64,000 nucleotides of DNA from Neocallimastix sp. 'constans' (lineage: Eukaryota), in contig JBODTK010000121.1 of NCBI GenBank assembly GCA_050613775.1, positions 372,001-436,000 on the forward strand, in the 5' to 3' direction. The notes below the pieces were generated by a model that had not been told where the DNA came from, searched no databases, and saw only the letters and a program-made list of their open reading frames with translations. Of the stretch, positions 1-13,311 are shown in pieces. A program made the translations under genes and the position numbers. Numbering within the stretch: the stretch's first letter is position 1; each line of letters starts with the position of its first letter.

Positions 1-879
1 GTCAATAATAATTTTATAATAATATATATAATTTTAGAATAATAATTATTAAACGGAGAATTCTTTTATTTATAAGTTTATACTAACGATGATAAATTAA
101 TTCACATAAATAGCTATTTTTATATTTTATTTTAGTATAGTTAAAAGAGATATTATATATATTTGAGATAATTAATTATAATATTTATATAAAAGAGTAA
201 TAATAATAATAATTGATGTAATAATTAATAATTAATAATAAATAAAGAGAACATTAAAAAGATATAATATTACTTTATTTTGTATTATTGTATGTGTTAT
301 TTCTATTTAATATTAGAATATATTATTTTGTCATAATTCCTTATTGTCATTGCCCATAAATAAATATTAATTTAGATACATAAATAAAATATCGTATCAA
401 ATTTTTGTAAGAATCTATAATTATTTTTAACAAAATAATTATATTTTCTTAGTTAGGTTATAATTAATATAACTTTTATTTAACTCATATTTCATTTATA
501 CACCTAATTATAATTAATAATTTATTTAATTATATATTAAAATTTTATTTAGTCTAATATTAAAAATTTATTTAATTAAATATTTTTTATACATTTAAAA
601 TAATATTAAATTTATTTAATTATTCACTTAATTATTAAATTTATTAGTTTTAGTTTTCTCTCACTTATTAAATCATAAACTAAAACACTATTCTGTATTC
701 TATCATGTATTCCGTATTGTATTAATCATGTATTTTATTATTAATGTATTGTTTTATATTTTTTATGTAAAGTTCTATAAAATAGAACTAAATAGATTAA
801 ATTTTAAATTTTATGATCGAAATAATTTTCATTGTTTTATTCTTTTATTTTCGATCATTATATTAGATTAAGTAATCGG

Positions 880-1295
880 TTAATTAAGGTTTTTCCAATT
901 ACTTCTTGAAAGTAATCGGTTTTACTTAATTAACTCGATGATCGATATGGATAGAATATCGATCAAAAAACTTATCTAGGTTTTTCTTCTAGTCTTTTCC
1001 TAGATAAGAGATTTGTTAAGATTAGAACCCCTTTTGATTTTAACCTTATTTTGAAAAAAAAGTATAAATAAGGCTCTTGAGTTCTCTTTGAGAAATCAAG
1101 AGTTATTATTATAACAATTATAATATAATAATAATAACAATAGTTTTAACATTTAAAATTTTTAATAAATAATAAAACAAATTATTTTAATAAAACAAAT
1201 TTATAATCAAAACTTTTCCTTATCAATTTTAGTGTTTCGTCTATTATAATTCGTTATAATAAACTCGATAATTAGAAAGAACCATAGGTAAGTAT
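880..1295 (+). repeat. LTR fragment (family B-related); inverted homolog at ~31015-31460
   Basis: TATA followed by the hairpin CTCTTGAGTTCTCTTTGAGAAATCAAGAG, shared with the LTR at 4443. The reverse complement aligns with 31015-31460. True ends not resolved. Confidence 0.6.
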
Positions 1296-2273
1296 GATTC
1301 TTTTCTAAACCTTTAATATTAGCAGTTAGAGCTAATATTAATGATTAATAATTTAATTATAATTTTTTAATTAAATTATTACAATTTTGTTACGATACAA
1401 ATAATAAATAAAAAATAAATAAAAAATTAAATAAACTATTAAGATTAATTAATAAATAAATAAGAATAAAATACTAAAGTATTAAAATATATAATAAGGA
1501 AATTAAATAATGTATAAATAATTAAATTATTTAAAATAATGTATTAATTGTATTTATTTAATATTGTAATAGTAAACAATTAGATATTTTATTATAAATA
1601 ATTAAAATTATATTTATTATTATTTTATATTTTTATTATAAAATTTTTATTATACTTTATTATATTTTTATTATTATCTTATATTAAATATTATATTAAA
1701 ATTATATTTTATTATATTTATTATTATAAAATTATTATATTTTTGTTATTATATTTTTATATTTTTATTTTTATTTTTACTCCAATCAAATAAATGTTTT
1801 AATGATATAAAAAGAACAAAGTAAAAAAATACTTTAGTTCTTCCTCTTCTTTCAACTTTATTTTTATATTTTTCTTTTAATTTTTCGAGAATGAAATAGT
1901 AAATATTTAGTATTAGTATTAATAAATAATTAAATAAATAATTATATAAAATTAAATTTTTCTATAGTTAAATTGATTAGTTTTGTTTTTGTGTTTTATT
2001 ATAGTTAAAGATAAAAATAATTTTGGTTAGTTTAAATATTTAGTTTGTTTTGGTAATTTAGTTTTAATTTAGAGATAAATTTTAAATTTTATTAAAATAT
2101 TTATTTAAGTTATTTATATTAGAATAGTTAAAATAATATTTATTTTGTTAGTGAAAAATTAAATTTTTAATTATTAGAATATATTATTTTTTTTTTAACA
2201 ATCTTCAATTCTGTACCAATTGTATGTAAGAAATTACTTATAAAATTAATTATAAATAATTTCTTAACTACAA

Positions 2274-3449
2274 TGTTGAAATTATAACTGAATTGAAATC
2301 TCAATTTCAGTTATTTACATTTCAATAGTTAAAAAATATTATTTATTTAATTATAAATAATATATATATTTAAATAATTAATAATTAATATAAATTCTTA
2401 TTTAATATTTAAAGAATTATCTTAGGCCTAATAATTCTGAGAATATTAGTAAATAAGATTTATATTAATAATTTCAATTATCTACATATGACGTCACATG
2501 TATTTATTTATATTATGTTTATATATATGTTTACATCATATATATTAACTACTATTTTTAATTATTCAAATTAATTATATAATTGTAAATTAAATTTATT
2601 TAGTTATATTAAATATTTTAAACATATCGATATTGTTATTATCTTAATATTTTATTAATATTCATATTACTATATTATTAATATCTTATAATTAAATACT
2701 ATTATTATGTAACTTACAAAGTATAAAAGAAAGATGTAAAAATCTATCTTTTATGTTCTTTGTAAGGTTATTGTATTTACAATAATTATATACTAATAAT
2801 TCAATAAATAAATATTTCATAAACCCTTCAAAGAAATTATTATTTAAAATATTCTTAGATATTAAGTGTTTAAATAACTTAACTATTTATCTTATATTAT
2901 TTTAATTATATTATTATTAATTAATTTTTGTTGGATTATTAATATATAATTCAACATATTAACCTAGTAACGTTATTAATCATAAAACTATTTTATATCT
3001 TAATTTTAACAATAACCTTACCCTAGTTTTGGTTACTACTTTAATATGTCTTTTTACAATAATGTATGGGCTGACATTGCTCCAATGTCAGAAGTTAATA
3101 AATTAAGGTCTGACGCCCAAGTTACTGTATCCGAATTGGCTTCTTCTGTTAATGATAGTTTTTTATTAAAAGAAGATTTTAATGAATATAACAAGGACTT
3201 ACAAAAAAAACTTTATACACTTTACAAAGATAATAAAAATATTATTAATCAATTATCTAATTTAACAAAAATTTTAGATGAAAAGTTAAATATAAATATT
3301 GCTACAAATGATATTCCTTCTACTAGTCAAACACAAGAGGATAATGTATCTACCACTACTAGACGTGATGATGACAATGATGTTATTGTGAGGAATGCTT
3401 TTTCAAACCGTTATTAATCATAATACTATTTTATATCTTAATTTTAACA
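2274..3449 (+). mobile_element. Internally deleted Gypsy element (family A): LTR 2274-3011, self-priming PBS, gag 5' end, last ~40 bp of 3' LTR
   Basis: TG...CA ends; TSD TACAA (2269-2273/3450-3454); 3410-3449 repeats the LTR end at 2972-3011. Confidence 0.88.
3046..3417 (+). pseudogene. gag: Truncated Gag N-terminus
   Basis: Starts just after LTR/PBS; near-identical to ORF 24311-24541; DNVSTTTRRDDDNDVIVR matches DNASTTNRYDNDHDVIMR in ORF 6857-8614. Confidence 0.75.
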
Positions 3450-4442
3450 TACAAATTAACATTAATTATTACTAATTAACATTAATTTGAGAAAATAAAA
3501 TTAAATATAATTAAATAAATATAAAATAATATAAATAAATAATTATACTTAAATATAAGATAGAGTTTATTATAGAAAGTTTATAATAAACAATAACACA
3601 AAAGGAATAAAAGACACAAATATTTATAAAATATGTTTTATTTATAATGTTTTTGGTTTATTAATTAATTATTTTATTTGAATTATTATTTATTATAAAA
3701 ATTCTAAAATAATAACTCTTGATTTCTCGAAGAGAACTCAAGAGAATCAAATATATATAAATTAATAATTAAATATTATTGGTTAAAATAAATACAATAA
3801 TTTAATGTATTAAATTAATGTATTAAATAAGAAAGATAGATAAATTTTATAATAAATTTATCTAAGTTTCTTACATTGTAACAGATACATGGTAACTTCA
3901 AGCCTATCCAATGATAGTTCTTTGGTTACGTAACGTATCTCTAAACAGCTAGCAATTTCGGCTAATCAAATAAAATCTTTTGTTAATTTCGTACATTAAA
4001 TTTTATTATTTTACAATTAATTATATAGTTAAATACTTATTTAAATATATTTTATTTAGTGATTAGTAAACTAAGTTAAATTAAATTATTTACCAATCAT
4101 AATATTATTGACATGTATAAATAATAATTGAACTTGTAACTGTAACGCACTAGCGTTACTATTAACGTAAATTGTTATTATAAATATTAATATTAATAAA
4201 TAAAAATATAATTATTAAATAAAAGATATTATTCAGTGTAAACCCAGTAACTGGTAACAAATAGAGTTATAAAGTGCTGCGCTATATTCTAGTGTAATAA
4301 GAAATAATAGTTATAGAATTAATTAATTTAGTGTTTATTATTAACAACTCGAATAGAGAGGTGTTAAGTTATCTTAACCTTTAAATTTAGTTATTATTCG
4401 TTATTTTAGTTAATAATAAACTTACCTTTTACACTAGTTATG

Positions 4443-4911
4443 TGTAAGAAATTTAGATAAATTTATTATAAAATTTATCTATCTTTCTTATTTAATACAT
4501 TAATTTAATACATTAAATTATTGTATTTATTTTAACCAATAATATTTAATTATTAATTTATATATATTTGATTCTCTTGAGTTCTCTTCGAGAAATCAAG
4601 AGTTATTATTTTAGAATTTTTATAATAAATAATAATTCAAATAAAATAATTAATTAATAAAACAAAACCCTTTTAATAAAACATATTTCATAAATATTTG
4701 TGTCTTTTATTCCTTTTGTGTTATTGTTTATTATAAACTTTCTATAATAAACTCTATCTTATATTTAAGTATAATTATTTATTTATATTATTTTATATTT
4801 ATTTAATTATATTTAATTTTATTTTCTCAAATTAATGTTAATTAGTAATAATTAATGTTAATTTGTAGTTAAGAAATTATTTATAATTAATTTTATAAGT
4901 AATTTCTTACA
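4443..4911 (+). mobile_element. Solo LTR (family B), 469 bp
   Basis: TGTAAGAAA...TTTCTTACA; TSD TTATG (4438-4442/4912-4916); inserted in the 3' LTR (~4141-4928) of the minus-strand chromovirus. Confidence 0.92.
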
Positions 4912-5235
4912 TTATGAGTTTCGTTACATGGTTCTCCTCTAGGATTCGGATACCAGACGAATCTCAAGACTAGGCTAAACTATACTAAGAAAATTTTATT
5001 TAATTATTTTAATATATAAATTATTTTAATAGTTATTTGGTGTAAAATTTCAATACATGATAAACATAAAAATACATTATTAATAATAAGGTTACATGAA
5101 TTTAAATAATATTTATATTAATAAGTAAAAATAATAAAGATTATTGATATTGATATTAATAGAAATAAATTTGATATTAATAAATATAAATTTTTGTATA
5201 ATTAATATTATAGATTCATTTTCTAAATATAAGTT

Positions 5236-8200
5236 TATTTGTTTGATTTATTAAATTTTTTGAGTATTTCTGGACAGTTGAGGTTTTCTTCCGGTTCCCA
5301 AGATGCTTCAGATAAAGGATATCTTTTCCACTTAATAAGATATTGAATCCTTCCATAATGTTTTCTTTTATCAAGTATTTCTTCTACTTCATATTCTTCT
5401 TCATCATTAACTATAATTGGAGGTGGAGGTTCCTTTTTTCTTTTAAATTGTCTTTGTAGTATGGCTCAAATTCTGATACATGGATAATTGGGTGTATTCT
5501 TATATTTTTTGGAAAATCAATTTTGTATGTTACTGGAGATACTTTTTCAATTATTTTATAAGGTCCTAGCTTTCTTGGTTTTAATTTTTTATTTTTATTT
5601 CTTAATATGAGTGAACTGTTTATCCAAACTTTGTCGTTTACTTTGAATTCAGGTGCTTTAATTCTGTGTTGGTTGGCGAATTTTTCTTGTTTATTTCTTG
5701 CTTGTTTTAAATTTTCTTTTAATTGTTTGAAAAGTTTCGCTAAGTTTGTTGTAAATTCTTCAGTACGCGGAACATCAATAGAACTTGGCACAGCTGGTGA
5801 GAAGCGAGGGTTGTAACCATAATTTGCGTAGTAAGGTGATATATTTAATGATTCTTGAATAGAATTGTTGTAGCAGAATTCAGCAAGGAATAGATAATTA
5901 TGCCAATTTGAACCTTTAAAATTAGAGTAACATCTGAGAAATTGTTCTACAACGGAGTTCACCCTCTCCGTTAAACCGTTAGTTTGATGGTGAAAGGGAG
6001 AAGAAAGTTTCATTGAGATATTGAGAGTTTTGCAAATAGAAGTCCAGAATTTAGAAGTGAATTGAGTACCTCTATCGGAAAGAATTTCATTTGGTAATCC
6101 ATGAAGTCTGAAAATATGAGTCATGAATGCCTTAGCAGTATCTTCAGAAGAAGGAACGTTAGGAAATGGGATGAAGTGACCCATTTTTGTGAATCTATCG
6201 AGAACAACAAAAATACAAGTATATCCATTAGATGAAGGGAGATCATTGATGAAATCCATGGAAAGCGAAGTCCAAGGTCGGTCAGGAATTTCTAGTGGGT
6301 TCAGAAATCCATAAGGTTTGTGTCTAGAATCCTTTGAACGACAACAGATTTCACAAGATTTAATATAGTCTTTAATATCTTTTTGCATAGATGACCACCA
6401 AAAGTCACGATTGATTAAGGAGAAAGTTTTCTTGAAACCAAAATGACCAGCAGATGGGGAGTCATGACAGATATTTAATACGGAAGAACGACAGTTAAGG
6501 GGAACATAAATTTTTCCATCAACGAGTAAGAAGTTGTTGCTTAAAGAAAATTTAATAGATTCTGGGAAGTCATCTTTAGAGTTGAGTTTTTTGCAGATTT
6601 CATTATAATATTTATCTTTCTTGTATTCATGGAGTATTTGATCATTTAAAGAGGCAATGGAAGTGGTAGCGCAAAAATTTTCAGGTTTTAAGACGTTGAA
6701 AGGAATGTCAGAGGACAGTTCTTCTTCATTTGATACATAATCAGGTCTTCGAGAAAGTGCATCAGGTTTACCATTAGCAGATCCTGCACGATAAGTGATT
6801 TTGAAGTTAAATTCTGATAAAAAAAGAGCCCAACGAACAAGTCTTTGTGACATTTTCTAGGGTTTCTTTTGGTATAAAAGGTTACGATGGTCAGAGAAAA
6901 TAGTGAATGGGATTGAAGTTCCTTTTAAGAGTTGTCTCCATTGTTCTAAAGCTTCAACGATTGCTAAAAGTTCTTTATCATAAATTGGGTAGTTTTTCTC
7001 AGCAGCAGTAAGAGATCTTGAGAAGAATGCAATAGGATGAATTTTATTGTCTTTTTGAGAAGCTTGGGAAAGTATAGCGCCAATAGCAAAATTACTACTA
7101 TCTGTTTCGACAAGAAAGGGTAAATCACGGTTTGGGTATGCGAGTACAGAATCAGAAGAAAATTTGGATTTTAAATCGTCAAATGCTTTTTGAGTTTCAG
7201 ATGTCCAAACGAATTTCTCATTTTTCTTCAAAAGTGAATGAAGTGAATGTGTTAAAGCCGCAAATCCTGGAATAAAACGTCTGTAATAGTTGGCAAGTCC
7301 TAAGAAGGATTGGAGTTGTTTTATATCAGTGGGAACAGGGCATTCAAGAATAGAAGAAACTTTTTTAGGGTCCATAAGGAAAACATCAGAGGAAATTCTA
7401 TGTCCAAGGAAATCCAAATAGGGAATGCAAAATTCACATTTCTCGAGTTTAGCGTACAAACCGGCTTTTCTGAGTTTTGAAAGAACTTTAATAAGATGTT
7501 CATAGTGTGTTTCTAAGTCAGGAGAGAAAATTATAATATCATCAATGTAACAAAAGACAAATTTTCCGAGAAAGTCTTCGAGAACGTCATTGATAAAGTG
7601 TTGGAATATGGCAGGAGCATTCTTCAGACCGAAAGGCATAACTAAGTATTCAAAATGACCATATTTGCAATTAAAAGCTGTTTTGTACTCATCTCCTTCT
7701 TTTATTCTGACAAGATTATAGGCAGATCGAAGATCGAGTTTTGAAAAGACTTTTCCTTTGGCAAGGTGTTCGAGCATGTCATTGATTAATGGCAAAGGGT
7801 AAGAATCGCGAATTGTAATATCGTTCAAATGTCGGTAGTCAACAACCATCCTTAATTCACCATTCTTTTTAAGTACAAAGAAAACGGGTGCACCAGCAGG
7901 GGATTTTGATTTTCTTATGAATCCTTTTGCTAACATTTCATCTATATATTCTTTAAGTGTAGTAGATTCTTTTTCTGTTAAAGGGTAAATAGGTCCATAG
8001 AAAAGAACAGTATTAGGCATAAGTTTTATTTCACAATCATAAGGTCTATGGGGAGGTAATTCATTCGCATATATTGTAGTTCTCATGATAACATCGTGAT
8101 CGTTATCATATCTATTTGTAGTTGATGCATTATCATCAACACCAACTTGAGGATTTTGAATTGAAGCATCCGAAAATGAAGGAATAGGATTTCTAACATT

Positions 8201-8614
8201 ATTTATTGAAGTAGATGCGTTAGAAGCGTCTCCTTTTTGAGAAAGTATTTGAAGCTCCTTTTTAAAATATAAAGTTGCATTTTTTAAAGAGTTTAAAGAA
8301 GATATTATATCAGCATGTGCGCGATTATAAGAATCAAACTCCTTCATTATTTCTTCATGATATCGTTGGAGATCTTCTATAGAGACGAAGTTTTCATTTA
8401 CACCTGAAACTATGTTAGAGCAAACTTCAGACGTTTCATTTCTCAACTGATCTACACTTCCAGCTAAAGTTGCACAAGCTTGTGAAGCTTCCGTTCTTAA
8501 TTGTTCAACCGAGTTTTCTTGATTTATATCCATCTCTTCTTCGTCAGACTTGTCAGAATAAACACCAGATTTCCTTAGACCAAATTTCGGCATTCCAAGG
8601 AAGTTATTAAACAA
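5236..8614 (-). pseudogene. pol: Gag N-term fused to RT-RNase H-integrase-chromodomain, disrupted
   Basis: LPPHR, YIDD, ETDSS, HHCC zinc finger, MDF/SDRG/ERVN, GPY; chromodomain EEYEVEEILDKR...YLIKWK at ~5400-5260. Stop at 6857-6859, frameshift near 5440; capsid/NC/PR missing. Confidence 0.93.
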
Positions 8615-9102
8615 CTGGTAAGATTATTGTTAAGATTATATTTGGTTTTGATATAACTTGGTTGGAATGCTATAAACTAATAACTTCCTTATGATAATTA
8701 AACTTTATTTTATCAGTATTATTATAGAATTTTATTATATTTTTATTTTATTATTTTATTTGATTTTATTTAATAATATTTTTTAATGAATGAAGTTATC
8801 AGATTATTAAAATATTAATAATCTTACGAAGATTATTTAAAACATTTAATTCACTATTCCTTTATACATAAAAATAAACAATTAAAAAGTTATATAATAA
8901 TAAATAAAAAATAAACAATTAATTATATTTTAAAAAGTATAAATTATATTCAACAATTTTATTATTATTATTATTATTTAATAATAATAAATAATATATA
9001 TTTATATTGTAAAAGGATTTTGAGGCGTATGATCATACTAAATAATGATTAATTTGTTATGGTAATGAGGCTTATATAGCTCATCGAGTTATATCCTTTA
9101 CA

Positions 9103-10181
9103 AGAAACCAATTCTACTAAAATTGAAGACTTAATGGATATTGATTATGTCATAAAAATTAAATCTCATGGACCCTTCTCAAAAGAAAACAAGATTAAAA
9201 GAGAAGATAACTACTGCTATATTTGTGAAATGAAGGGACATACAACTGATAAATGTAAATTAAATCTTAAAACCCATAGGGAAAGAAAAGAATCTCATAT
9301 ATATAATAAAAACAATAATAAAATGAATAACAAAAGGAGATATATTGGAAATGTGGAACTAAATGATAACTACATTTCTGATAATGAAGAAAACGAAAAT
9401 ATCTGTTTTGACGAAGTAAAGCCATTATTTGAAAAGTGTATTGAAAATATTGAAATAATCCCAGAAGAAAAAAAGGGAAAATCCAACAAGCAATACAAAT
9501 CAAATTAATTATAATACAAATGCTATCAATCATTTGACGAGTGAAGAAATCAATTCAAATGATAGTTATATCATTTGGACCTACGATACAGGATGTTCAG
9601 AACATATTACAAATAATAAAAATATCTTAAAGAATTTTCGTAATGAAAGAATCCAAATGAGATGTGCAAATAATTCCATTTGTGAATTTCAAGGCATTGG
9701 AACATTCGAAGGAACAATCAATAATGAAATAATCCGATTAGACAATGTTTATTACTCCAAAATAATCAATAAAAATTTATTAAGTGGATTTAAATTATCC
9801 AGGAATGGATATTCAAGTGAAATCAACAAAACATCACTTATTCTTAAAAAGACTGACGACATAACTGATAAAGAAAAAATCATTGGACAGTTCAATGTTA
9901 ACGAATTCAACATTGCAAGAATTCCAATAAAACTAATAGTACCATCAATTTCAAGTGTAATTAATAATAAAAATGAATTGGATGATTATAGCAAAACCAT
10001 ATGGCACAATCGTTTAGGACACTTCTTTCACAATAATTTATCCCAATACCTAGAATTACACAATGTAAAGAAACATGAATGCTTGAATTGTAAAATTTCT
10101 AAATTTAAAAGATTACCTCATAATGGTATTCCTCCTACAGCTTCCGGAATATTAGAAACAATTCATTCAGATCTAATAGGT
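9103..10181 (+). pseudogene. Ty1/Copia gag-protease-integrase fragment
   Basis: CYICEMKGHTTDKC knuckle, WTYDTGCSEH protease, WHNRLGH...CLNC, HSDL; Copia domain order. Confidence 0.9.
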
Positions 10182-12333
10182 ATTTATGGACCCTAAAAAA
10201 GTTTCTTCTATTTTAGAATGGCCTATTCCTAAAAATATAAAAGAATTACAATCATTTCTCGTACTAGCGAATTATTATCGACGATTTATTCCTATCTTTG
10301 CATCTATTGCTTATCCTCTTCATTGTTTATTAAAGAAAAACTCTAAATTTAATTGGTCTACTGAAACTCAAACCGCATTCGATAACATCAAATCAAAATT
10401 TTCTTCTGCTCTTATTCTTGTCTATCCTAACCGTGAACTTTCTTTCATGGTTGAAACTGACAGTAGTAATTTCGCCATAGGTGCAATCTTATCCCAAACT
10501 ACTCCTAAAGATAATAAAATTCATCCAGTTGCTTTCTTCTCTAGATCTCTTAATTCTGCTGAAAGAAACTATCCCATATATGATAAAGAACTTTTAGTTA
10601 CAGTCGATGCACTTGAACACTGGAGACACCTTCTAAAAGGAACCGACACACCTTTCACCGTTTTTTCAGATCATCGCAACCTATTTTATCAAAAGAAACC
10701 AGAAAAGTTGACTCAACGTTTGGTTCATTGGGCTTAATTTCTTTCTGAATTTAACTTCAAAATTGTTTACCGCTCCGGATCAAATAATGGTAAACCTAAA
10801 GCTTTATCCAGAAGACCAGATTATGCTTCTAATAATAATGACCGATCATCTGATATTCCATTCACAGTTCTTCGTCCCGAAAACTTTTGTGCTGTCGCAA
10901 CTCTTGTTTCTTCTCTTAATGATCAAATTCTTCAGGAATATAAAAATGATGAATTCTATTCTGACACATACAATCAACTTAATTCAGAATACCAAGAAAT
11001 ATCCTCTAAACTTAATGATTTCTCAATTAGTAACAGCTTTCTTTTATTCAAAAATAAATTTTATTTTCCTCCAAACTGTAGATCTTCTATTCTTAATATT
11101 TGTCATGATTCCCCTTCTGCTGGACACTTTGGTATAAAGAAAACTATTAATCTAATTAATCGTGATTTCTGGTGGTCTTCTTTGCAATCTGATGTTAAAG
11201 ACTATATCCGTTCTTGTGATGTTTGTTCTCACTCTAAAGACTCTAGACATAAGCCTTACGGTTTTCTTAATCCTCTGGACATTTCTTGTAAACCCTGGAC
11301 TTCTATTTCAATGGATTTTATTACTGATCTTCCCGTTTCTAATGGTTACACTTGTATCTTTGTTGTCAAAGACAGATTTACTAAAATGAGTCACCTTATT
11401 CCGTTCCCTAAAGTACCCTCTGCTACTGATACGGCTTCCGCTTTTATTAATAATATTTTTCGTATTCATGGACTACCCTCCGAAATCATTTCTGATAGAG
11501 CTTCTCAATTCACTTCAAAATTTTGGTCAGCTATTTGTAAATCCTTCAATATCACAACGAAACTTGCTTCTCCCTTCCGTCACCAAACCAATAGGTTAAC
11601 GGAGAGAGTGAACTCCATTATTGAACAATACTTAAGATGTTATTCAAACTTCAAAGGTTCTAATTGGCATAATTTTTTATACCTAGCAGAATTCAGTTAT
11701 AATAATTCAATTCAAGAATCAATTAAGTACTCACCTTTTTATGCAAATTATGGATATAATCCAAAATATTCACCATCAATTCCAAACAGTACAGATGTTC
11801 CTAGAACTGATGAATTTACAAAAGACTTTTCAGAATTATTTAGAACACTTAATGGAAATTTACAACAAACAAGAAAAAAGCATGAAGAATTTGAAAACAA
11901 ACATCGTATTGAAGCTCCAAATTTTAAACCTGGTAATAAATTGTGGATTAATAGTTCACTCATAATTCATAATGGAAATAAAAAACTTAAACCTAGAAAA
12001 CTTGGTCCATATAAAATTATTAAAAAAATTTCTCCCGTTTCATATAAGTTAGACATATTAAAAGATATCAAAATCCATCCTGTAATACATGTTTCTGAAC
12101 TTGAGCCATTTTATGAAGATCACTTTGGACGAAAGAAAGAACCACCACCACCGGTAATTGTTGACAATGAAGAAGAATACGAAGTTGAAAAAATTCTTGA
12201 TAAAAGAAAGCATTATGGCCAAACTCAATATCTTATTAAATGGAAAGGCTATCCTTTATCTGAAGTATCTTGGGAACCCGAAGAAAATTTAAATTGCCCT
12301 AAACTCTTAAAAGAATTTAACAAAAATAACTAA
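10182..12333 (+). pseudogene. pol: Chromovirus pol 3' part (RT end, RNase H, integrase, chromodomain)
   Basis: [33 protein letters not shown]...WKGY chromodomain; stop at 10735-10737; close paralog of 5236-7380. Confidence 0.93.
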
Positions 12334-12623
12334 AATTAAAACTTGAAAATTAATCTTTACTTTATTAATATCAAACTTATATTAATTTATTAATATCAAT
12401 ATTACTAAATATTATTTTATATTATTAAATACTATTAATATTCATGTATTCTTATTATATATTATATTCATGTAACTTTATTAATATCATTTAATTTTAT
12501 TCTAAAAAAGTTCTTTCTATAAAATGGTTAATTATTATTTTTATTTTATTTTTTTTTTATTTTAGTTTAGTTTAGTTAGCTTAATTTTAATATAAGTTAT
12601 GCCTAACTGTTAGATTCGTCTGG

Positions 12624-13282
12624 TGTCAAAGTTTTTAGATAATTTAGTCTTAACGATTAGGTCAAGATGCCAAATTATAGTAATTAATTAATAATTTAAT
12701 TTTACTCTTATTTAAACATATTGTTATTAGTAAATTTTATAATTAAGTTTTTATCTAAAATATAAATTTTATTTAATTTTAATAATATTTTATTACATTA
12801 TTATTTTATATAATTATTACTATAATTTAAATTACAATAATCCTACAAAGGATTAATCAAAAGAATTTAAACATGTATTTATATAAAATAATTAATTATT
12901 AAAATATTAATTATTAATATGAATATGTAAATAATATTAATATAAGTTTGATATTGATAATATAAAGTTAGATAATAATATAAATATTTAATATAAATAA
13001 AATATAAGAATCTAATATAGCTAAATATTATATTTTATAATTAAAATATAATATGTAGAAATTAATTTAATATGACAATCACGTGTTTACATTATTTAAT
13101 ATATATTAATTTCAATATGTTAATAATATTTAGTAATTAGTTGGCCTAAACTAATTCCTAAATATTTTAATAAAGTTAATTTAATAATAATTATTATATT
13201 ATTATTATTTATTAATATTGAAATTCAAATAACTGAATTATCGAAATTGAAATTGAATTGAAATTCAGTTATTATCTTAACA
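12624..13282 (-). mobile_element. Solo LTR (family A-related), 659 bp
   Basis: TG...CA; TSD TCTGG (12619-12623/13283-13287); terminal hairpin ATAACTGAA...TTCAGTTAT as at 2284-2313 and 29177-29218. Confidence 0.9.
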
Positions 13283-13311
13283 TCTGGTATCCGAATCCTG
13301 GAGGCAGACCA

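Larger units (their letters stand above)
2225..3875 (-). mobile_element. Solo LTR (family B), interrupted by a family A element
   Basis: TGTAAGAAA...TTTCTTACA termini; 5-bp TSD TTGTA (2220-2224/3876-3880); near-identical inverted copy at 4443-4911. Confidence 0.9.
4141..9102 (-). mobile_element. Defective/chimeric chromovirus-type Ty3/Gypsy element
   Basis: 5' LTR ~9102-8628, PBS 8627-8618, gag-RT-RH-IN-chromodomain, 3' LTR from 4928. The two LTRs do not match; outer ends are approximate. Confidence 0.8.

Noticed and set aside
13283..13300. TGGTATCC as a tRNA-Met PBS after the LTR ending at 13282
   Set aside because: TCTGG is the TSD of that solo LTR, and the sequence belongs to the host element's 3'UTR hairpin.
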